From: Lytechinus pictus
Taxonomy: Eukaryota
Direction of reading: 5' to 3'
Length of the DNA: 64,000 nt
Assembly: GCF_037042905.1 (NCBI RefSeq)
Contig: NC_087250.1
Coordinates: 9,736,001 to 9,800,000 of the forward strand
The translations under genes were made by a program, and so were the position numbers. Below, piece after piece: positions 36,801-49,400 of the stretch (its first letter is position 1; each line of letters opens with the position of its first letter). The notes under the pieces are model-generated. The model was not told where the DNA came from, ran no database searches, and saw only the letters and a program-made list of their open reading frames with translations.

Positions 36801-38715
36801 CAGTCGTGGCACAAGTCTCTAGGAAAAAAGTATTTGACAGACTAGTTAATTAGAATATAAAAATGTGTAAAAATAGTAACTTATATATTTTTTATTGCCA
36901 TCCAGGCTGAAAGCTTGCTCATTGAAAATAAGGAGCGCGCAATTAAAACCAAACCATTCAATTTTTGGCCTCTCGTAGTTTTAACACTGGCTTAGACTAT
37001 TCTATAACTTACACCCTACTTCGGAATACCGTCCAACCTTATATATTTTTCTTGCCATCCAGGCTGGAGGCTGGCTCATTAAACATAAGGAGTGCGCAAT
37101 TAAAACCAAACCATTCAATTTCTGGCCTCTCGTAGTTTTAACACTGGCTTAGACTATACTATAACTTACACCTTACTTCAGAATACCGTCCAACCTTATA
37201 TATTTTTTCTTGCCATCCAGGCTGAAAGCTGGCTCATTAAACATAAGGAGCGCGCAATTAAAACCAAACCATTCAATTTTTGGCCTCTCGTAGTTTTAAC
37301 ACTGGCTTAGACTATTCTATAACTTACACCCTACTTCGGAATACCGTCCAACCTTATATATTTTTCTTGCCATCCAGGCTGGAGGCTGGTTCATTAAACA
37401 TAAGGAGCGCACAATTAAAACCAAACCATTTAATTTTTGGCCTCTCATAGTTTTAACACTGGCTTAGACTATACTATAACTTACACCTTACTTCAGAATA
37501 CCGTCCAACCTTATATATTTTTCCTTGCCATCTAGGCTGGAGACTGGCTCATTAAACATAAGGAGCGCGCAATTAAAACCAAACCATTTAATTGTTGGCC
37601 TCTCATAGTTTTAACACTGGCTTAGACTATACTATAACTTACACCCTACTTCGGAATACCGTCCAATAAGTTCTACGTAGGTTGAAAGTTTGGATCCTTC
37701 CCCGTCGATGGAAGTTGAGTCTGTAATAAGCAGCCGAAACGATGGCATATTTTATTGTTGGCTTCAACGATCTCAAACAGACTATACTTAAATAACAACG
37801 TGTCTTCCATCACAACACCTCGTACGTATTCAATAAATGAATAATATTTTGACAACTGTAACTGTTTATGTTGATTCATATATTCAATAAATATTGGAAG
37901 AAAAAAAAATTGCCTAAAATAACATCAAACTTTTTCTTTTTAATGATCAAACATAACAATGGTTTATAGTATTTTTACAGTCCATATCAATAAACATTTT
38001 TGAAGAACTGTAATATTACATTTCTAATGCTATGGTTACAGCACGTTGTTCGTGTCTTTGCACGAACTTATCTCACAACCTAAACTAATTAATGTTTATG
38101 ATAATCAATAATTGTGAAAAATATATATTATAGATTCACGTATTGGCTCAATACAGTCATAACAATAAACAGCCCAAAGTTAATGTTTTGTTTTTTTTTG
38201 CTTTGCCTTTTTTCGCCTCTGAATATGATTGATCTGATCATAACAAATTTGAGTAACTTTGAATAAACATTTGTTTGGAAAAAAAACATTTACTTTCGGA
38301 TTTATTTTTTTTCACTACATATATGCAGTATATATATATATATATGACCTAGATGGTGCAAACTGAAATATTGTTTTCTGTGGATCATTGTAATGCCGGG
38401 AGTGGCAGAATGGTGCAGGATTCAACTCTGAACATGGTATTTTCATGAATCAGAAGAGTGAATGGAGACATTTAGTCTAGTCTTACTTTCACTGTGATAA
38501 AAAACAATTTTTATGTTTTACATGTTATCACAGTAATATTGTGCTGCACTCAACCCAGGTGAGGTGAATGGGTACCTGGTAGGAATATATTCCTTGAAAT
38601 GCCGAGCGCGTAAAATCTGCTTGAGCTACAGCCAGGGTAATAATATCCTAGTCCTTTGGAAGCGCATAGAGACGTTATTCATAATGTGCTATGCGCCATA
38701 CAAGAACTGACTATT

Positions 38716-38792
<77 letters not shown>

Positions 38793-41700
38793 CCACTCCC
38801 GCACTACCATTCACACATGCATGCACAGCATTATGATTGATCTGATCTTTAAACAAATGAGTAACTTTGAATTAACATTTGTTTCGAAAAAAGCATTAAA
38901 GGACAAGTCCACTCCAACAAAAAGTTGATTTGAATAAAAAGAGAAAAATTCAACAAACATAACACTGAAAATAGCATCATAATCGGATGTAAAATAAGAA
39001 AGTTATTACATTTTAAAGTTTCGCTTAATTTTACAAAACAGTTATATGCTCATCCTGGTCAGTATGCAAATGAGGAGACTGATGACGTCATCCACTCACT
39101 ATTTCTTTTGTATTTTATTATATGAAATATGAAATATTCTAATTTTCTCCTCATTGCCAAGTGAAACAACGATTAACTCCTCCCTGAACATGTGGAGTTA
39201 GCATTGTTTAACACTATATGGTTCAGTCAAGTTGGTCCTTGATATTATATATTGTATTGTATTGTAAATATTGTATAATTCAAACATAAAAAACAAAAGA
39301 AATAGTGAGTGATGAACATCATCGACTGACTCACCTAGTTGTGCATATCACTGTTTTGTGAAAAATAAGCGAAACTTTAAAATGTCATAACTTTCTTATT
39401 TTACATCCGATTTTGATGAATTTTTCAGTGTTGTGCTAGTTTTATTTTTCTCTATTTATTCAAATCAACATTTTTTGGGGGTGGACTTGACCTTTAACTT
39501 AGGAATTAGATGGACAACTACACCTGGGTTTCCTTATTCATATAGTGCAGTGGGTTCTTAATGTGCAAAGGTGGTGACTTTCCTCTAGACAGGACCTCAA
39601 AATTAACGCCTTATCCGAGAGACGGTTTTCTTCGACTGTAACATAGCCAGCATCGATAGAACAGAAATGAAACGTATATTATTCAATCATGTATATTTTT
39701 GTTGTTTTTATATTTTTTTGTGAATTATGTTTTAAGGGGCTTGTTGAAAAATAGCCTGACGGTCAAGAGCTTTTTTACACCATATTGAAATTAACAAACA
39801 AACAAATAAACAGAACTGGAGCTTTTTTTTCCTTGTGCTGATATATCCCTAGACACCTATAACAAACTTAGCACCTAAAAACACTCATAACATGCGTAAC
39901 TGTAGGAACCGGTTTGTGCAACATCACCCAATAACAGGTAGGGGAGACCAGTGACAATTGTAACATGGGGCAAATGTAACAGAGGCTCCCACTAGTCCGG
40001 CAGCCCAGGAGATTTATTCAACCGGAAGCCGGACAAGCAAATGACCCCATAGCTGGATGGCATGGACCCTGAAATTTACAAAAATGCATTGCTGCCGGGT
40101 TTTATCCGTGGTCTTCCCGCCGAAATGATCTATAACGTCACTACAAAATGGCCCTATTTCACCATTTTTTTGACATTCTACACATCGCATGAAGTCAAGG
40201 TGGAATAGCTCAGCCAAACCATACTTGTTTTGTATGAAACTTACAAAATATATTGTTCAAGTATTGAAAAGAGACATGCAAAATTTCACAAACAGGAATT
40301 ATTGTTTACATATGCAAATTACGTCATGAAATTTGCATATCATTAATTTTTGATATTTTTTGCATCAAAAATTGTCGAAAATCGATTTAGAAATTTATTT
40401 TCTTTTTTAGTGTACTTTTTTTGATATATTTCCTGTCAAGCATAATATCGTTCTCTTTATCTATATCTATACTTTTAGAAAATATATGTCAGTAATTGGA
40501 AAAGGCATTATAGACTGTGATTTCAGCCCCCTTTTCAATATGGTGCGTATATAGAAATCGTGCGTTTTGGGCCTATTTTCACCATTAAGCTGAGGTGTGC
40601 GAACGATATGCCCACTTTATCGATGTTTCCTGCATTTTGCATGATATTAAATCTTCGAAACAACATATGTTCATCTTAATTATGTCTCTGCTGATAAATA
40701 AATGATTTCAGCAAAGATTGATTGCCCACTGGGCAGTCTATAGGTTACGTTTTCAGCCTAGTTTTCGACGACGAACATATACCATGTATGACTGCATTAT
40801 TGTAGTCGAGTCGGAAATGGGAGTTCCTGTGCACCATCAAAATATACTTTTAAATCAACGTTTTTGTATTCCCTGAAGTGTCTAGTTAATGAATCTTGAT
40901 GTTTTCTTTGCAAAATCGTGTCCCACTGGGTTCAAATTGATATTTTTGGCGGCCCTTTTGGATTTTTTTCAATGAAAATTCATTATTTTCATATTTTTGT
41001 GCAGAGAGTGTGACAATAGGACAATCTTACATGAATACGCATTTTACTATGATTCGGATAGTAGAAATCGGTTGAAATCGTTTTCTGGACAGACCTGCTA
41101 ATATATTTTGAAATAAATAAAAATATACCCCGAAATTGTCATGCTTTTGGTCCAAAATTTGCATGTGCATTGATATCTATCTGGTCAGTCATTAACATCA
41201 ACAACTATTGCAAAATATCAGCATTCGACACGAAAGAGGATATATTATACCAAGAATACTGAAACGCTTCGTGACAGTATAAATGAATGTCTTAATTTGC
41301 TTAGTTAAAGGGAAAATACCATGTATTACTCGTTATTGCGATAAAGTGACACAAAAAAGCAACCTCTGTGTCATAGGCACACCTGCAAGAGCCCGAGGAA
41401 GGTCCCCTTTCCCTATCAGTAGCTTGACTAAAAAATGAGATTTTTTGAGCCCCCAATGTGACAAGATGGTGGTTCCTTTATGTAAAAAAACAACTCTTAT
41501 TTTATTGAAATCACTTGGAGACAAAACAGTAGGCTCTTCTCTATCAGCTACATTATAAAGAAGTGAGGGCACATCAAAGCCTACCCCCCCCCTTACGGGA
41601 CCGCCAAAGTCCCCCATCCTTTTTTTGTATTTTGCCCATTTCTTGGAAAATTCGCAATTTTTGTAGCCCCCTTGAAGGGAAAAGACGTTTCTGCTTTGCA

Positions 41701-44700
41701 GTCAAGTCACCTTTATTGTTTTTAACCACTTGGAGATAAAATAATAGACTTTCCTCTATCTGCTACATATAGGGAAGTGCTGACACAGCGAAGCCTAAGC
41801 CTAAACCCTCAGGGTGCTGCCGAAGTCACTCACCCTTTTTTTTTGTATTTTACCTATTTATGGGAAAATATGCCATTTTGGAGCCCCCATTGAGGCAAAA
41901 AGCTTTTCTGCTAGGTAAAAATGCCACTTTTATTGTTTAAAACTATATGGAGACAAAAGAATAAAGTTTCCTCTATTTGCTACATATAAAGAAGTGCTGA
42001 TACAGCAAAGCCTATGCCCTTTGGGGACTGTCGAAGTTACCCACCCTTTTTTTTTATTTCACCTATTTGTGGGAAAATATGCAATTTTTGGAGCCCCCAT
42101 TGAGACAAAAAGCGTTTCTGCTATGTAAAAATGCAACTTTTATTTTTGTTACTGTATGGAGACAAAAAATGGAGGTTCCTCTATCTGCTACATAATAAAG
42201 AAGTGCTGGTACAACAAAGCCTACCCCCTCTGGGGACTGCCGAAGCTACCCACCTCTTTTACGTATTTTACCCTAATGGGAAAATATGCCATTTTTGGAG
42301 CCCCCATTGAGGCAAAAATCGTTTCTGCTATGTAGTAAGGCCACTTTTATTGTTTTTAAACTATATGATGGAGCGTTGTGGCCCAGTGGATAAGTCTTCT
42401 GACATTGAAACATTCTGCTGCACTCGACCCAGGTAAGGTGAATGGGTACCTGGCAGGATTAATTCCTTGAATGCACGAGCGCTGAAAGGCAGCTCGAGCT
42501 AAAGCCGGGGTAATCATAATAATAACGCGCCTCGGAATAGAATATTTCTGGATAGATGGCGCTATATTGGGATGCCGTTGGGATGAAAGTATATTTCAGG
42601 TGGAATTTTCTTTGAAGAAAAAAAAGTTATATTCGTGCCAAATGTATTCTACTGTCTGTTATTATACTTTCAAACATCGTTTAATAGAAATATATAAATG
42701 TCAAATCAATGATTTATATTACATTTTCTATCATGATATGTCACTACTGGAAACCTATGTTTGTGTAGAAAAGTAACGAACAAAAATATGAAATGTTGTG
42801 TCACGTTTTTATTTTTATTTGTCTAAAATATGAAGATGTTTGGGGAAAAATGACACATAAATATTGTTCAACTCCCGATGAAAAAGCAAAGTGATAGAGG
42901 GGCATGATATACTCATTTGTTTGATATCAAATTCGTCATGATAGCACAAATATTTTATAAGATACAGTAAAATCTTATGATGTTTGGCAAGTGTCAACTT
43001 TTCTTTGAGTTTCTTTGGTGTATGTAAATTTTTGGCCTCATGGCAGCGTGCAAAGCCTTTCATATAAATGTTTTTAAAAAATACTGCTAAACCTCGAAAA
43101 CAAAGAAAAAAGGGTGAAACACTCCATGTAATTTACAAACCAATTCTCCATACGATTACAATCGACAATTGTTCACTGCCAAATATTTGTAAAAACATCA
43201 CAATTCGAAATAATTAATTTACAGTGGTCAGAAAGGATTGTAACATATATATAAAAGGCGTAGAAATGGATAAAACTTCAATAGGCCGCTTTCTGAGAAC
43301 AACAAGGGGAGCCCGGGCTTTAAATCTCAAAAGTACATACACTTGATAGAACTTCCCCTACCAAGGCGGGGAAAACCTGTCCAGGGTCCCGATATCTCGC
43401 AATACTGCATACAAACGTCACCTACTGGCTAGCTCAGTGACTTTGTCAAATTCGAGCAGGCTGGCAAATCACAACCCAGCATTCATTACACCGATATAAT
43501 AATGGGTGTGACGTAATTATGAAAAGTGGGCAGCTCTCCGATAAACAAATCACTGATCGGCCACATGGTTTTCGTCAACGAGAAAGCCACAAATGTTGAG
43601 GATATAAATCCACAGGTGAGAGGTAACTCACTGAGGTTCGAGCCATTATCCATATCAAATTTTTTTCGGTATGGCCTAAATAGAGATCTCTCTTGGCTGG
43701 ACAAAATTATATATTTTTTTAAAAATGATTTCAGGAATATTTCATGAGTTAATCAGCAATAATCATCTTACTAGGCTATCAATTTACTTTTAGGTACTTT
43801 CATTCTTTCTTGTCTAGCACACATTTAATTCTCCTCCAAACATGTTGACACTTGATTTCAAGATAGAGTAATATTGGAGTTCATTGTCACCTCATTTTAT
43901 TCTGAATGAGTCTTATATTAAGAGGCCTTTATCGATTACCTTATTCTTTTAATGCATATTCATGAGTCCAGGACGAAGCTGCTGTTTTGATACACCAATT
44001 TTCGACAGAGACTTTATAGGTTGATCTTTGTCACGAATGGGATTCGATAATACATGTTCTATGTTCTTGAAAGAGTTCTTCGTCGCAGCGCAACAACTTG
44101 ATAATGAGATGGGGGTATTGTTGATGAGATATTGCTTGAGTATCGTCTGAGGCGGTTTTCCGTCATGCAAAAGATGTGGAGCGTCGTGGCCCAGTGGATT
44201 AGTCTCCGGACTTTGAAACAGAGGGTCTTGGGTTCAAATCCCAGCCATGGCGTAATTTCCTTCAGCAAGGAATTCATCCACAGTGTGCTGCACTCGACCA
44301 AGGTGAGGTAAATGGGTACCGGCAGGAAGTAATTCCTCAAAAAGCTGTGTGCACCTGCTTAGCCGGGTAATAATGGTAGCAGGGCCTGCTGGGAGAACAG
44401 TTTTCGGAACTGAAGTGGCTACCCTGGGTAAAAATACCGTTATTATTATTATTATTATTATCATACAGATCGAGCTTGTCTTGGTGGATACATATTGTAA
44501 TCCTACCGAGTCTGGCCCGAATGCCTCTGGAAAGCAGACAGCAAAAAAAAAAACCAAGCATTTTATTTCAGAGACTCAAGGATGTAGGGAAGGGCAAGGG
44601 CAATATCACAGAATATTAACACAGTGACCAAACAAAATCAATTCAATTCTTTATTCCATTTCCATTCAAAACACAATACAAAGAAATATACATCAGATAC

Positions 44701-46207
44701 AATATTAGAGATGAGCATCCTTACTTCGTAATAAACAAAAAAAATCACAATGTCTTCCCTTTGAAGTAAATAGAAAACAATAATAATGTTTGTAACTAAT
44801 CATTTATATTGGGATTTATTCATTGTTTAGTCCATTCCAGGGCTCCATAACACAAAGGTTTGAACTCAATCGCTAAATACCAATGACCAATCAAGATCTT
44901 CGTTGCACGCGCACTCTGTTTAAAATACTGACCGGGAACGTTCGGTGCGGTTCTTTCATACATGCAATTCATCGGAAGCCTTTGTGTTACGGAGCCCTGA
45001 ACGTATTAATCTTGACTCAATGCAATGTCAAAACCTTAATTTGCACCTGCCCAAAATTTAGTGCCGCCCTGTTTCCATGGCAATGTACCGGTGCGTTGTT
45101 ACGTACACCTGGAATCCAAGCAACATGGGCATGATGGGGAAGCTACGAACTTAAGCAGAGGTTCAAGGTTCGAGCCCTGCGTTACTGATTAATCGTACGC
45201 TTGATTATGGATTGTACATCGTATTCAATGCAATACTTAATGACATAATAATTATATACAATTGTTATACAATAATGGCTTAGCCAGTATATACATACGC
45301 AATGGCGGTCATAAAGATACATGATATATAAAATAACCAATGTTACATAGTAATAATGAAAACATATAAAAGTCATTGTTGCTTTTGTCTGTAATCTGAT
45401 TGCGCCACACCAGTCGAGCCAGTGCATACAGGGTGCACCTTGGGGGCGTTTGCCCCCCCCCCCCCCTCCAAAAAAAAAAACGCTTTCACCACCAAGACAA
45501 AAAAGAGATAAAATGTAAGGAAATAAAACAGAGATGGGTGAAATGTATGTATACTATCATTTTCTGAATATTAAGTCAAAATCTATCACTAGATTCGATT
45601 TTTGTAACAAAAAATATCAAAAGTTTTGCTCGCTCTCTTCGCTCACTCGCAACATTCTATTGATTTGTTTTCCCGGTACGCCATATCTGGCACCTCAGTT
45701 CCTTTGGCTCATCAAACCACTGAGTCGAGCTGAGTGATTTGTTGAAAATAACATTATCTCCTTACGTTTTGTGCCATGAATATTTATGAGGCGTACTGAC
45801 TAAATAAGCCCCATGATATCGTAATTTAATATGTCAATCGCGTCGTAACCGAATTGAAGCCATTTTAGTCTTTCCCCGGATGAATAGCATTTCGGACTTT
45901 TCGCAATTATTACGGGGAAACTCTCTACAACGCATCAATCCCTTTGAAATTGCAAGTCAAACAACAATTGAGAGCAGAGAGGCTTTTGTCGAAAGTTGGT
46001 GGACCGGGACAGTATCGAAATATCTCGACTCTGGACAACGACATATGTGCAATCGTTCGCCCGGTGCAAATCGTCGGATGATCTGCTGTACCAGTCCACC
46101 CACTTTCGACAAAAGCTGCTCAGCTCTCCATTGTGATTTTAATTGCATTTCCAAAGGAATCAGTGCGTTGTAGAGAGTTTCCCCGTAGTAAATGCAAGGA
46201 GTCCCTA

Positions 46208-46435
46208 TTAACCACATGAAACAGGGACCTTGCAGACAAAGGGATATTTTAAAAAACAGAATGTGTCTCGCCATCCCGAACGTACTACCCAGTACATTGT
46301 GCAATATGGATTGGACAAGTCCAGTCCATATCCAGCAAGCCATTTGTTGTAGTTGAACGGTGTCCCATCTGTCCAAACAAAGGGACCAGGTAAGCTGGGT
46401 CGGTGAAGCCCGATCCAGTACCCGTTATCACCAAT
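46208..46435 (-). CDS. Paralog C C-type lectin exon 2
   Basis: 228 nt (one codon shorter than A/B), open to TAA TAG. Confidence 0.92.
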   Translation of the reverse strand: MGDNGYWIGLHRPSLPGPFVWTDGTPFNYNKWLAGYGLDLSNPYCTMYWVVRSGWRDTFCFLKYPFVCKVPVSCG

Positions 46436-49400
46436 CTGTAGGGAAATGACAGATAAAATACCAAAGTAGGCTTACATATTTTCGATGAAATCTGGGCCCG
46501 TAGCAAAAAGAAAGTTTGAATGTATAACCACATTTGCTTTGATTTTTATGAAAAGCCTGATGTACTTCTGCCAACAGTTTTCTCACTAAAAGGCGCCCAT
46601 GGCTTCATTGTGACACTATCCAAAAGGCGCGTACACCAAAATAACCATTCGAAACCGCACAGAATGGGGCCAAGGCCTTGAACTTTCCACCCATTTGCAT
46701 AATTGTTTAATCTTGTAATGGCCCGTATTCTGAAGGCGGGTTTAATTTAAACCCTGGTTTAAAGTTGTGGTTTAACAATGGAAAGCCAGTTGTTAAATAT
46801 ATCTCTTACAGTATAAGTTTCATGTATCAGCTCATTTGACTCCCAAAACATTATTAATTGCCTGGGAAGGATAAGTGTGACAGTTGTTCTCACCAGTAAA
46901 GAATTAGTAAAGAGCCAGTAAACATGAGTAGCATTCTGTAAACAAATTTGAAAAATTTGGCTTCTTATAATTTTAGCACAGAGTTATACCCCCGTCACAC
47001 TTATTCGGAATCAGCAGGAATCGAGCAGAAGCTGGAAAGAAAAAATATTCAAAAAATCTAGAAATTTTTGGGAGGAACTTATGAAATCATCAAACTGGAG
47101 TTGAAATTCAGTAAATTGACCAGGTGTATCATCATACACTAGTCAAATGAACCGCAATGGAGTCAGATTGATAATCGTGCTACGTTCTTGGACATTCTAG
47201 GGGCATTCTAAATATTCTGACTGCATTCTGAGTGCATTCGAAATATTTTTGTCATTTCTTTTGGCCGTCCCGAAGGTTTTGGTCATGTTCAAAACATTCG
47301 AGGGGTATTCTCGAACGATGTTGGAAGTAGATTTAAATGACCAATTGGTGGTCAAACAATAGTCCTTTCATTCAGGCCAATTCTGCTTGATTCGGAATAA
47401 GTGTGATGGGGGCTTAAGACCATGGTCTAAGCTAAACCCGAATTCAGAATACGGGCCTATGGGTGCATGTTTAGGAATAAGTGACCCCTTATTCACTGTG
47501 ATGGAAAATTTTATTTCAAAGCTGTCTTTAGCAGTCTCATTTGGCAGTAATGTTTATCAACCTATGGGCAGAATTCTGTGCAAAAATGAAATCGATTTGT
47601 TTATTCATGGATGAGTGAGCACGAATTAAAAAGGGAAAAGGGCGTATTTTCATTGTCACCGACTCTTCTTTAGGGGTTGTTAAGTGAATCATTGGGGCAA
47701 ATTCAGATTCAAATGTGACTTCAACTGCTGTTGTTTTTAATCATCCATCATATTTATCACCACGCACTTTCCGAACTTTTTACACTTTCATGGTTGAGCG
47801 AGCACAATCGAAAACTCTTTTTACTGCATAAATGTATTCTTTTCCTAACTCTTTTTACTGCATTCATGTATCATTTTCCTAACAATTTCTCAGGATCAGT
47901 TGAATTCATGGACAAATCAAGGCAGAATTTGAAAGTGGAGAGGGGCCAAGAAATTGGGGGAGGAGAGCGACTAACATTTTCCAATTTTAACATGTTTTAA
48001 CTACCATTAACCCCTATGATGATCATGATACATCACAAAAAAATTGTGCTCACTCAACCATTATCAAAATTTTGTGTGGAGTGGCTAATTAATGGATAGT
48101 AAAACATAAAATTCACAAAAAAAACATACAGCAACAACCTTTGCCTTACTTTCTGTTTACACCATCTGAAAAACGACTCTTGTGACTTTCAAAAATAGTC
48201 ATTTTTAATTCAATCTTTGATTCACCGGCGTAAATCCACTGTGAGGAGTGGGGAATGATTGACTTTTTTGACGATTTTATTTTCTGTCGATCTGACACTT
48301 GGGTATAAACACACACTCTCACTGACCCCCACAGACCCCCTTACACACATTTGTATATTTATTTTGCAAGTGATTACAATTTTCTAGTTTTTAATCGCAT
48401 TTCCTAACATAAATTCTAAAATATGAGCGAGCAAAGCGTGCAAGCCAAAAATAACCACCTTTTTTGTTTTCAATCGCATTTTCAAATAGAAATTCTAAAA
48501 TATGATGGTTGTTTATGACAGATATTCAAAGATTTTACTAACGGATTAATTAAAATATATTTTCTTTCTTAAAAAGTGGATGGATATTTGTACACGCCAT
48601 CCCCCCTCTCCAAAAAGTGGGGGGATGTATCCCCCGTCCCCCCGGGATTTACGCCAATGCTTTGATTACTCATGCATGACGCAACTGATCAATCTCATTC
48701 CCCCCAGGAGTTGCTTAATGAGTGTAGACAACCACCTACGAAATATCATATTCTAAAATTATTCCGTTCAAAAGTTACAGCATTTTTATTTAGGGGGGAA
48801 TTACTTTTTTGTTGTGTATATGTATGACTATATATTTAATCAAATCAAATCGGTCGTGCGATCCAAAAGAGTAAATAGGGGGTAGTTTCATTAATATTTA
48901 AATATTGATGAAACACCGGGTCACTCGGCGGGAGCGTTGGTAATTTCACCGAGCCTATTTATCAATCTATTTCAGGAGGTAAATCTACTTAAAAACAAAC
49001 ATTTTTTAAAACGTTTAACAAATCTTGAAAAAAGCTTAGTTGAAATATTCTTTTAAAAATGTGTTTGATGATTTTTTAACAGACTTTGATGTTCCTGTCA
49101 TTACAGGTTGATAACATTGAAAGATAATTTTTAGCATTGAAAATATGTTATTAAGATGTTTCTTTAATTTCTGAACAAAAATCATCATGAAAATTTGGAA
49201 AATGGTTTTGTTAAACACTGATGAATTCTTCTCTATTAAGGATTTTGATAAACGTAAAAAAATATTTAAAATAGTGTTTAATATCTTCTAAATACTTTAT
49301 CATGACCTTTCTAGAACGTTAAATGTTATTGAAGTAATATTTTGATAACATTTAAAAAAATGTTTTGTTTCTGAAAAGTATAATTAGTATGATATTATCA

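Larger units (their letters stand above)
18731..37686. repeat. Tandem segmental duplication unit, copy B (18,956 bp)
   Basis: Colinear and near-identical to copy A along its whole length; junctions at 18731 and 37687 both follow the 157-bp minisatellite. Confidence 0.95.
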
